NCBI GenBank assembly: GCA_964270895.1
Contig: OZ185435.1
Length of the DNA stretch: 64,000 nucleotides
Reading direction: 5' to 3' (one strand)
DNA from: Podarcis filfolensis
Taxonomy: Eukaryota
Below, piece after piece: positions 49,201 through 61,500 of the stretch (the stretch's first letter is position 1; each line of letters starts with the position of its first letter). Position numbers and translations under genes: made by a program. The notes under the pieces were generated by a model, which was given only the letters and a program-made list of their open reading frames with translations, was not told the DNA's origin and searched no databases.

Positions 49201-50310
49201 ATGCACCATGTATATTACATGGCTTTTATACCTGTGTAATATACACAATTGTTGCATGCATACCTTTTGTTTGTATGTGTACCCATAAAAAGCATAAGTC
49301 ATGATCCAGCTGAAGCATATGTACTTTTAGACCCCATTGCATTTAGCGGGAGATATATAGGCATGCTCTTAGTTCTGCACTTGAAAATCAATGCTGTGTA
49401 AAATTGATTAATTTTGGCTGGATCACGGCCAAAGTGTATTGCATTCATCATCTAGTGATGTTCCCTGGGTGGTCTTTGGCAAATATCTGTGTCTCAACCT
49501 ACCCTTTTCACAGTGGTAACAAGCACTGGAAAGTGCCATAGAAAAGATTGCTGGAAGTTGACTATCTACCATTAGAATGTTAGCATTTTTCTCCCTCTTT
49601 CCATCTAGGTACAATGTGAAGATGCAGAACTTCTTTACTATCAAAAGCATGAATGTTGGCAATGGCAACACTGTCAACAGTGAACTGGAAGATGGTAATG
49701 AATCTTTTGACATTAGCTGTGATGACCCTTCATTGCCATTGCTGTGGAAAGGTAAGGCTAAGCAGACAGGAGCTGGACAAAAGCTTGACGAGAAATATTT
49801 TTCTCTGATAGTGTTTCTCCATACATTGACAACTGGCACCTGCAACAAAATGTTGTGATGGGGAACACTCCTCTTTTCTGCCCCAAGTCATCCAGCCATG
49901 CTCTCCTTCATGACAGGGCATTCTGTTCCATTTTTATGTCCTGGTCCTTGCCCAAGAGCAAATCACCATTCTGTGGCAACTGAGTATGCTCAGTTTTCAA
50001 CTGGGCTGTTTTGATGTGGGTGGTTGTGGGCGTGTGAGAGAGAAACAAAATAAAAAAAAATCCTTCCAGTAGCACCTTAGTGACCAACTAAGTTTGTTAT
50101 TGGTATGAGCTTTTGTGTGCATGCACACTTCTTCACATACTAGGTATATGTATATACCTTCATATACTAGGTATTTGAAGAGGTGTGCATGCACACAAAA
50201 GCTCATACCAATAACAAACTTAGTTGGTCACTAAGGTGCTACTGGAAGGAATTTTTTTATTTTGTTTCAACTACGGCAGACCAACACGGTTACCTACCTG
50301 TAACTAGAAC

Positions 50311-50341
<31 letters not shown>

Positions 50342-53300
50342 GCAGTTTTGGTTCCAAGAACAATGGTACTCATGCCTGAACATCAGAAATAGAGGGTAAG
50401 TTAGCCAGCTCCTACAGTCTCAAGCAGAATTATGTAATATTTTCCAGCTCTTTCTTTTTTCCCCCCACTACTCTCTGAGAATTGTAGCTAATGTTAGCCC
50501 TACTCAGAGTAGACCCACTGAAATCAATGGACATGACTAATTTAGGTTTATGAATTTTAGTGGGTCTGGTTTGAGTAAAACATAGCTGGATGCAACCCAA
50601 TCACATCTGACACAGCTAGGCCTTTTCAAAATTACCCCAGCGCAAGGGCAAGGAGCCCTTTTCAGCCCGAAGGCCATGCTCAGTTGTAGGGAAGCTTCCA
50701 GGGTCCGCATGCCAGTGTTGGGCATGGCCAGAATCAAAAGGGAGTGGAGCAATGGATGTGACTCTTGCCGTTGTATGGTAGGCTACCTGCCAGATATGCA
50801 GAGCTCAAGACTTTATGCACCCACATATATCAGATATATCTCTTCATCATCCATATAGCTAGCAGGTCAATTCCAGCCAAACAAAAGCACTCAAGGAGGA
50901 CACAGGGCATGGCTCGTGAGGGGCATGTGCTAGGAAGGGAATGCAGCCTAAGGAGAATTCAGAGATGCTGGGATGGCCACATGGAGCCCCAAAGACCGGG
51001 TGGGGGGAGGGTTATCCACCTTTGCCCTAGCACACATGTTCACATGATGCTAACATGGATCATAATGTCTGTGCCTGCAGCTTTGCTGTGGTTTATTTAT
51101 TTATTTTAGATGATTAATAGGCCACGCTTCGAGTGAAAGCCTCTCGGAATGGCTCACACCAATTTAAATCAACAATCAAGTCAATAGAAGGTACAATATA
51201 ACCAGCATGTGACGGAAACAAAAGCTAGATTAAAACAAGTAATGCAAGCTGCACAAACTAGGAATACCTGTTTGAATAAAAAAGGTCTTTAGCTGCTGCT
51301 GAAAAGAGAGATTTTGCACCAGGCAATTCTCTCTTTGCACCTGGCAAGCATTCCAAAGTTGGGTCACTGGAAGGGAGAATGCCCTATATCACTCGTCTTG
51401 TTGGCATTCTTGATCTCAGGGACGGCCACACTTGTAGTGATGCACCTCAAGATTCCCACAGGTGCTTATTGGCTTCTCTTGGAATCTCAGGCTTATTTCT
51501 TGAATGGAAGCTGGCTCACAGGCACACTGTTTCTTCCCTGACTGACATGCCCTTGTGGCCACATAGATCATTCATGCAGATACATGCTCCCAGATGTATT
51601 ATATATAGCACCGCCTTGGGACTTAGGATAGCATTGTTTTTCATGCTGCATTCTGGAGGACCCTGGAGAACATCAGTAATAGGAGACAGTCGTCTCTAAA
51701 AGACAGCTTACAGCTACAGCAGAGCATTTTATGTATTCCAGGAGGCCATGCACAGAGCCTCAAAAAGGCCCAAAATGCCTGGCAACGGCTCTCTTGCACC
51801 TAAGAACATGCAAAAGCCTCGTTTGCAACATGCTGGGGTTCTGGTGCAGGTGTGCAGGAATCCCTTGACAAGTCCATATGAATGGTGGAAAGCCTGGAAA
51901 CTATTTTAATAAGGCACCAAACAGAAGAACATTTGTTTCAGCATTAATGTGTGGCCGCTGAGTGAGGAACAGCAGGAAAACCGAAGCATCCATAAGAGTG
52001 CTGGATTCCAGTGTGGAGCAAGTGTTCTGGCACTTTGGTATCATGTTGTGTCCTCAGAAGCAATTACTGGCACCCAGCTGTGCAAGATATGCTGCCTTTC
52101 ACAGGCTCGTCTGTGAAGTTACCAGCAATTCCTGAGTGGGGAAAGTAACAGCCAAGAGACTGGTGCATTAGGTGGTACTACAAAGTGTTTGAATTTTTGA
52201 AGCAGACATTGAGAGATGGCTCTCACCATATACAGACAGTCTCAACACTTGTAGGAAGAAAAGTAGGCATTTTTTTAAAAACTGTTTAGAAAAGGAACTG
52301 CATCTTTTTCTTTCCTTCTCCCCCACCACCTTCCTTTTCCTAATGCTGCATGGAAGACTATATTTCTGACCCTGTTTCTTTNNNNNNNNNNNNNNNNNNN
52401 NNNNNNNNNNNNNNNNNNNNNNNNNNNNNNNNNNNNNNNNNNNNNNNNNNNNNNNNNNNNNNNNNNNNNNNNNNNNNNNNNNNNNNNNNNNNNNNNNNNN
52501 NNNNNNNNNNNNNNNNNNNNNNNNNNNNNNNNNNNNNNNNNNNNNNNNNNNNNNNNNNNNNNNNNNNNNNAAAAGAAAAGCTTTCACACAACAGTTATCG
52601 TTAGCTTTTTCTGTAAGGGTTCAAGCAGTGAGAATGCCAAGAGGTCTGTTCTTAATTTTTGTCTTCCTTGCTTCGGTTTTGCTGTAATTTTTTTCACTCA
52701 AGGGGGAATGTTAATACAGCGTGAGTATCCATCTAGCATTGTCCTTTGCAAGAGCACTGTGCAAACTGAGCCAGAATGAAGCTATTTGCCATGTTAAAGC
52801 TGCACAATAGCTTGCCTTCATTTGACCTCCCCTCTGCACAACTAACTGCCTCCAGGCAGCCTTTTTGCTGCTAGCTGAAATATGCCACATCTTTCTGTTG
52901 CCCTGGCTGCTGAAACATGCCCTACTTGTAGCTTTGAGCACAGCCTCCAGCAAAGCTGCCCAGGTCCTTGGTTAACACCTCTCTTGGGTCAGTGGGGCTC
53001 AGATCTCACCTTAATCTTCTCCAGTGTATGAGTGCAAGGTCTGATTATTTTCTAACAAAGAACACCTGCTCTCTACCCAATGCATTCTACATCCTGATGG
53101 TGGGAATTCTATTACTTGAGGGTGCAGATAAAAGGGAGGTTCACAGACTGCTGAGCGGCCTTTGAAGCTTGTAACTTTTATTGCTTCCAAGAGCTTCAAC
53201 TGGAAAAACATAAAAGCTTCTATTACTGGATTCTCATATATAGAGAGCTTTTCACCCAGAGGAAAATCCAATTTCAGAGACAAGCCTTCTACGCAAGAAG

Positions 53301-56300
53301 AGAAGATTTGTACCTTTGCTGCTAATGCCCATGTTTTGACAGTAATAACATGGTGGCTGGACCCCCTGGTTTTTATTGTGATGGTCCACAGATTGGCTTT
53401 GATTTCTGGCTAGTCAATAGAAACCCCATAGTGATTAAATACGTTAGGGCATGGGATTGTGTGGAATAAAGGTCAGCTGCTTCAACAACTTATTCACATT
53501 CCAGAGGGTGGCATTTATCTTTTTCGGCAAAAACAACACAGAGATGTGTGGCACTCTAAAAGATTAACAGACTTGTTGTACCATAGATTTCCCTGGGCTA
53601 GAGCCCACTTTGTCTGATACAACTGTTTACCCAAAACAATTGGGGCAGTGGTTCCCAAACTCCAGCACCACCCATGGACCACTTGAAAATTTCTAAGGCT
53701 CTTGGCAGACCACTTAATGATGTTTCTGCCCATTGTACCAATTGTAATTTCTTATATTGTATTACAATCTGAATTCTAAGAAATGAAAGAATTATTGCAA
53801 TAAAGTACAATAAAAAAATCAGTTTGAATATTCAGTGCTATAGATGTGCAATCTCCCACCTTTAACCACAAATCTGCAGACACTCTGCAGACCACCTGGA
53901 TGAAGCTGGTGGACCACCGATGGTCCACAGACCACAGTTTGGAAATCCCTGGACCAGGGTGATCAGAAGGAAAAAGGACAGGACTTCTACCTATTTGATA
54001 ATTATGCAGAAGAGGACATTATATATTTTTGTAGCACTTTTACCAGAAGTAATTCTCGTTTCCTCTGCCCCACTTTACTCTAGAAGGTTGTAGCTACCCA
54101 TGGCAGATGCTTGCTTCCTCCTGGGGAATGACCTCCTAGAAAGGACTACTTCAGGGTATGCTGCAGCTTACCTCTTAGTGGAACAGCCAAGGGGTAAAAT
54201 GCAGTATGTGCTCAACACTCTACTCAGCCTTGAAACCTGTGTTGCAGTGCACCGTGGGGCGAATCCACTTGAGACTGCAGCAAGTTGGTGGAAACAACGG
54301 CATTGTTCTCCCAGGTCCCAACTCCACTCACGGAGGCAGCACATTTGTTCCCCCAGCCTGACTTGGCTATAAATGTTTATGGGTCAGGCCTGGGTCTTTT
54401 CTTTAAGCAACGGACAGATTCTTTCCCCCATTCCCATCTACAAAGCTCTTCAAATACATTCCAAGCCTCAGCACATCTCATCTTCTTTGCCTGTTCACCA
54501 GTCTCTGTGCCTGCCTGTCCTTCAGCTCTCCCTTCCAGGCTTTCCCATCTTCTTCACCTGAGAAGTTCCATCTCATCCTGCTGAGATTTATGCAAGCAGC
54601 ACCCTGGTTTCCTTGGTACCCATGGCTTGGTGCTGATGTATATCTCAAGGGGCAAAGAGAATCAGTTTGAAGCAACAAAGCCAGAGGACTTGCTATAAGC
54701 AAAAGAGTAATGTGCTGTGTTTGCAGTTAAGCTGCTGTTGGTGATGGGGGAAGAATATGATTCAGGTTGCATTTAAATGAAAACTTATTTAATTTGCACT
54801 TTCCAAAACAGTACAAGGACTGAAACACAGCCATCTTTTGAATTTCATATATGTCTGAAATTTGCAGGGCACTTCTCCAGCGAAGTAATGTGTACAAAAA
54901 TGCATTTACTAGGATACAGTGTACATAAAAATACATGTATCAGTCAAAATAACATTCAAAAATGCATTATGCTAGTGAAAACTGCTTGGTAAAAATGTGC
55001 ACATTAGGGGAAACAATTGTAAAATGTGTGTGTGTTAGGAGAAATTTGCAATACAATGCTGGTGAGTTTTCATGAGGACTTTTAAGAAAATTGCAAACTG
55101 ATGTGCAAGGAACTTAAGATTGGAAAAATGAGAAACTGAAACTGAGAGAAGCTAAAATTGACAGATTCGTCCAGCCACAGCCAAGTCTTCCTGGGTCCAG
55201 AACCCAGGACCTTGATGCCTCTATACGTATAGTACAGCCTCCATCCTTGTATATCCTCCCAGGTACTTCAATGCTCATTCCTCAGTCTCATTGGGGCTCC
55301 TCAAGCAAGTTCCGTAGCAACTGCATTGATGCTTCAGTGTTGCTTTTAATAATGTGCTTCACCCGAGAGAGGCTTCCTTAGTAAGATTAGCTCTTTAAAA
55401 AATGTCATGACTTCTTTTTCCACTAAAATCCAGCGATAAGCATCTGTGGCTGTCTCTTGCTCTTGATAATAATCATACTTAATGGCACTTAGTACTCCTG
55501 TAGCACTTTTGCCTAAGTGCTCAAGTGCTTCTCATAGATTATTCTCAGTAATGCCTGCATTAGATAGATAGAACAATATTTCCATCCTTATTAAAGGTAT
55601 TGTGGCTAAAGCTAAGATAGTGGCATGCCTAAGGCCATCTATGTTAAGTTCATGGCTCAGCTGGCATTTGAACCAGGCCCTTCCAGCTCATATATTCTGG
55701 GTTTTTTTTATATAAGATATTTATTAAAGTTTTTGGAAATACAACAAGAAAAATCGAAAAGAACCTCATTTTAAACAAGAAAAGATAAAATACAAAAAAG
55801 AAAAAAAGAAAAATCAAAAAGAAAAAACAGAGAATTGAAATCCATTAAGCAAAAAAGAAAAATCAATAAAAAACCACAAATCTTCCCATTACTGATCTTT
55901 CATTAACTTATTTCCCTGACCTCCTCACACCTCCCTTTTTTGTATTCTAAGTCAATTATCCATTTCAGCAAATCCTTTCCCTCTTTTCGAATTTTTGTCC
56001 TGTAAATTTATCTTGAAATTAATATAACTTTACTTTCCCTCCTTTCACCAATTAACAGTCTATTTTTCCTAAATCTTTGTAACATTTCTGCTAAAATCAC
56101 ATAAATTCATTCCAACATCATTCTAAATTCATTAATCTTGCAATGTTTCTGTAAATAGTCTTTGAATTTTTTCCAATCTTCCTCCACCGACTCTTCTCCC
56201 TGGTCTCGGATTCTGCCAGTCATTTCCGCCAGTTCCATGTAGTCCATCACCTTCATCTGCCATTCTTCCAGAGTGGGTAGATCTTGTGTCTTCCAATGCT

Positions 56301-58537
56301 TTGCAATAAGTATTCTTGCTGCTGTTGTAGCATACATAAAGAAAGTTCTATCCTTCTTTGGCACCAATTGGCCGACCATGCCCAGGAGAAAGGCCTCTGG
56401 TTTCTTCAGAAAGGTATATTTAAATACCTTTTTCATTTCGTTATAGATCATCTCCCAGAAAGCCTTAATCCTTGGGCATGTCCACCAAAGGTGAAAGAAT
56501 GTACCTTCAGTCTCTTTACATTTCCAACATTTATTATCGGGCAAATGATAAATTTTCGCAAGCTTGACTGGTGTCATGTACCACCTGTATATCATTTTCA
56601 TTATATTCTCTCTTAAGGCATTACATGCCGTGAACTTCATACCTGTGGTCCATAACTGTTCCCAGTCAGCCATCATAATGTTGTGTCCAACATCTTGTGC
56701 CCATTTAATCATAACAGATTTCACCTTTTCATCCTGAGTATTCCATTTCAATAGCAAGTTATACATTCTTGACAAATTCTTAGTTTTGGAATCTAACAGT
56801 TCTGTTTCCAATTTTGATTTTTCCACCTGGAAGGCAATTTTTTTATCCAAATTATATGCCTCCATTATCTGATAATAGTGAAGCCAATCTCGCACTCTAT
56901 TTTTTAATTTTTCAAAACTCTGCAGTTTTAATCTGTCTCCCTCTTGTTCCAAAATTTCCCAATATTTCGGCCATTTGGCCATTTTCAAGCAAATCCTTAT
57001 ATCTTATCCAAACATTAAACAGTGCTTTTCTGACAATATGGTTTTTAAACGCTTTATGTGCTTTGACCTTATCATACCACAAATATGCATGCCACCCAAA
57101 AATGTTGTTAAAACCTTCTAAATCCAGCACATCAGTGTTCTCAAGAAGCATCCATTCTCTCAGCCAGCAAAAAGCGGCTGATTCATAATAAAGTTTTAAG
57201 TCTGGCAGGGCAAATCCACCTCTTTCCTTAGCGTCAGTTAATATCTTAAATTTTATTCGGGGTTTCTTGCCCTGCCAGACAAATCTAGAGATATCTCTCT
57301 GCCACTTCTTGGAACACTCCATTTTATCCAAAATTTGCAATGTTTGAAACAAAAACAACATCCTTGGCAATACATTCATCTTTATTGCAGCAATTCGGCC
57401 TAGCAATGATAGCTTCAGGTTTGACCATATTTCTAAATCCTTTTTCACTTCCATCCAACATTTTTCATAGTTATCCTTAAACAGATTCACATTCTTGGCA
57501 GTCATGTTAACCCCTAGATATTTCACTTTCTTAACCAGTGTTAGCCCTGTCTCCTTCTGAAACCTTTCTCTCTCTATCACTGTTAAATTTTCCTCTAAGA
57601 CTTTAGTTTTCATCTTATTCAACTTAAATCCCGCTACTTGTCCAAATTCTTGAATCAGTTCCAGTACTCTTTTGGTACTAGATTCTGGCCCCTGTAATGT
57701 CAATACCAAATCATCGGCAAATGCTTTCAGTTTGTACTGTTTAGCTCCGACTTGTATACCTTTAACCATTTGGTCCCTTCCCAGCTCATATATTCTGGTT
57801 TAACCCTCTGAGGGGAGATTTTACACTGGAGGTGAACCTTTGGACCTCTGGATGTTGAACTGCAGAACTGCAACTCCCATCAGCCCCTACAAGCATGGGC
57901 AATGGTGAGGGGTGATGGGAGTTGTAGTTCAGACTTATAGGTTCCCCACACTGTCTTTAACCAGCTTCCTGAAGATTAAGAGTACCATACATAAGATGCA
58001 GCCTTCAAGCACCTACAGCAGTCATTGTGCTCGATCCAGACTGAGTGAGTTGTACTTAATTCCCCACTGAAATTAATGGTGCTTCATGCAGGCATGACTA
58101 GTGCTGCCTCCAGGTTTTGGAGGCCCTTGGGCAAGACACCCTCCAGGGGCACTCCTCTATTAGTGAACATAGCTCTTCACTGCAGCAGATTAAGGTTGAC
58201 CCTGGGATACCTGGCTATGTTGTCCCTTCATAGGCATGACTAACTTTTCAATGCAGCCTGGGTTCAGTTAACTTAGACTTCATACCCACCAACCTATGTG
58301 CAGCACAAAGGTGTCGTTTTTCTCAGTCCGGAGTCGTTCATGCTAATCCTCAACATGCTGCTTTCAGTTTTGATTAATTCGACATCTTACCTTCCACAAA
58401 GTTACTTGATACACATTTGAAAACCCATCCCTTGATTAGGTTATCCACACCTTTTGCTTCCTACACATGCCTCAGGTGAATGAAGGAGGTGGTGATCTTG
58501 GTATATGCCCACTCACCATGTCATTGGGCAGGTGTAG

Positions 58538-58584
<47 letters not shown>

Positions 58585-61500
58585 TGCTGGGACCACCTAC
58601 ATCTGTTTTCAAATGAATACACTGGGGCCCCCAGTTCAGTACAGAATTGTGTGAGCAGGGGGCAGGGACCCATCATCTGAGCTCAGCCTTGGGAGATGCT
58701 TCAGGTGATAGCCTGATACAGCCTGAAACTAAATGTTAGTTTTGACCCCTTCCCCACCTCTCTCACCGGTCTTCATCTGTTTTAGATAACAGGCATGTAA
58801 TCACCGGGTGTGAGATTTTTCTGAGGGTTCTTCTGTTATTCTTTTGTTTGAGTTGAATGTTTTCCCTGATCTCCATTGCTTTTGAACTGAAATTCTACAC
58901 TAATGACTCATTTGTTTATTTCATTTTCCTGTTGACTAAATTTTCCTGTTCCTGCTAATGTAAGTAACCTGCTGTAAATGTATATGTATATATTTATCCA
59001 ACTTGATAAGTGAGGCAATAAAGAATGGTATTGCCCCTCCATTCTTTCCCTTTCCCCATTGTCCACATCCCCTTTTTCTCTGGGGTTAATATTTTACTTC
59101 ATTGCAATGTGTTTTCTAACACCACATGTCTCCTGTCTGCTAAGCCTTGCTACACTTGCTATGTCCAGCTGGTTGCATTTGTTGTTAATACTTGCATGCA
59201 TTTATTATGTGTTCCTTTTATTAATTCTCAGGGCTGCATGTCCCCCTGACCCCTCTGGTTTAGTAACAGAGTTAAGGATAGCTTAAAGCTCCCATTTATA
59301 TATAAATTGTCGCAATTCCTTTGAAACAAGTCTTTGCTAAGCAGCACAGTAACCTGAAAAGCTACAGTGAAGACAAACGCACCTTCTAAAATCATAGTTG
59401 AGGCTGAAAGGATTAAATCATTTGGTTGCTAGGGCAATGAGCAGGCTACAAACTTGCTCATTCTTTTGAATAGTAATACTCATTTTTGAGGAGCCCTCTT
59501 CTCTGTCTCAGCAGTGATTGACATTTTAGTGTTATTATTGGGTTGGACCCACTATGTGTGTGCAGAACTACTCCCACACTACTCTCCATGTTGTCCTGCT
59601 GACAGAAATGGGGGAAGGGATTTTCAGATATTCCCCTGCTTTCCCCTTGCAGCCCCCTGTGTCCCCTAAAAATCTCTGCTCAAGTGTTGGGGAACAATCT
59701 AGGAACAGCATGGGAGTTGGCACTGAGAGCAATGGGCAGAAGGGGTAATTGGTGAATATTGCCTCCTATGAAAGGGCAAGTCTGAATCCAACCTGTTATA
59801 ATGAGTTATTTATTATGATGGTGCATATTCCAGACAAGTTATGCACTTTTAAGGCCTTTTAATTCTGATGGCAGGGAGGTGAGCACATGCTAACTGTTTC
59901 TGTTAAGATCAATGAGATGGAACTTGGGATAGATTGCAGCCTTGATTATAAATTTACCACATGAAATTCAGTAGATGCTATACAATAAGCTTACGTTATA
60001 ACAGACAAATTATTAAGCAGTTGATTAAATTAATCAAGGAGATTAGTGGGTCAAGGTGAAGTGCAAAGGGGAAACCTGCCTGTTTCCACACATACCCAAT
60101 CTCTTTCTACACAACTGCAGCATAAAATGGCATTGTTGACGTACTACCTAATTTTGCTGATTTACGATTTTTAAGGCTCCAGGTGACATTACGCTTCAGC
60201 AGCCTATAAAAGCCATTAAGGGGCAAGTAAGGGCAGAGGCAGGCACAGAAAAGGAAACAAATTGTATAGCTAACCATTGGCATTGTGGTCAATAGTGAAG
60301 GGAACGCAACAGTATGGCCGAAACTCCGTTGTGATGGTCGATGAGATCATTTGTTCCAGTCCTCCAAAATATCGTTTCCCTGAAGCTGGCTTGCGAATAA
60401 TGATTACAAACAAATTTGGGCCGAGAACCAGGCTACGGATGGCAAGCAGGATTATTATTAATGAGGTGAGTCTGCAAGGGCGGGAATAATTAAAGCGCTT
60501 ACTCAATCATTTTTTATTTTTCGCAATTCATTTCATCACTGTTATGTATTGTTTATGCAGCAGTCAATGTATATGATGGTTTACAGAATAATTTATTTGG
60601 AAAGTACAGTACTTTGCCCAAAGGCATTCACAATCTACTAAAGTTTTACAGCGAGAAGGGAATTGGAAAGAGGAAGGATAGGGGCGAAAAAGGGAACAAG
60701 GGAACAAATGCATGTAATTTGTTGTGGTTCCATATTTCATTATCTGAAATACTCCTTCACACAAGCTGCAGTCCTGAAATACTTCTTCACACATGGATGT
60801 GGTAGCAGCCACCACCTTAGGTAGCTTTTTAAAAGGCATTAGATAAATCTGCAAGGGAAAGATCTATCAGTGAATATTAGCTGGAAAAGTGTACAGAACC
60901 TTTCTGCCCAGAGGCAGTATACTGGGGAGCAGCAATGGGAGACTGCTCTTGCCTTGACAGAAGCATTCAGCTGACCACAGTGCGGAAACAGGATGTTGGA
61001 CTAGATCAGGGTTTCTCAAACTTGGATCTCCAGCTGTTTTCCATCATACCTGGTCCTGCTAGCAAGGGATGGTGGGAGTTGTAGTCCCAAAACGCAGCTG
61101 GAGACTCGAGTTTGGGAAACCCTGCACTAGATTAACCCTTTGTCATATCCAGCAGGCCTATTTGTATTTTTGTGTGGTTAAGAATGAAGATGTGTGACAG
61201 CTTAAGCAAGCAATGGCTTCATAGGTAATACTTAACTGGATTTGGGCTCTTGTTTCCAGTGATAATGTCTAGGCTCATTGTTTCTGACCATTGGCCACTT
61301 GCCAACAACATCTGGCGAGCCACTGGCTCCCTAGGCAAGATGAACAGGAGTGCATTTTAAAGTGCACTTCTAGTGATGGCAAAAATATGGACCAGATGAA
61401 GATAGGCAGCTCATCTGATTTCTTGTTAACCTAGATGCCCTTTCTGTAGCATACAGAAGATCCCATCTCACTGTATTTATTTAAAAAACAGTAGTTCACT

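Noticed and set aside
59231-59256. Possible cassette microexon (TCTCAG|...CTG|GTTTAG, TGCATG motifs nearby)
   Set aside because: 26 nt is not a multiple of 3 and is incompatible with the phase-1/phase-1 slot; the donor is weak.
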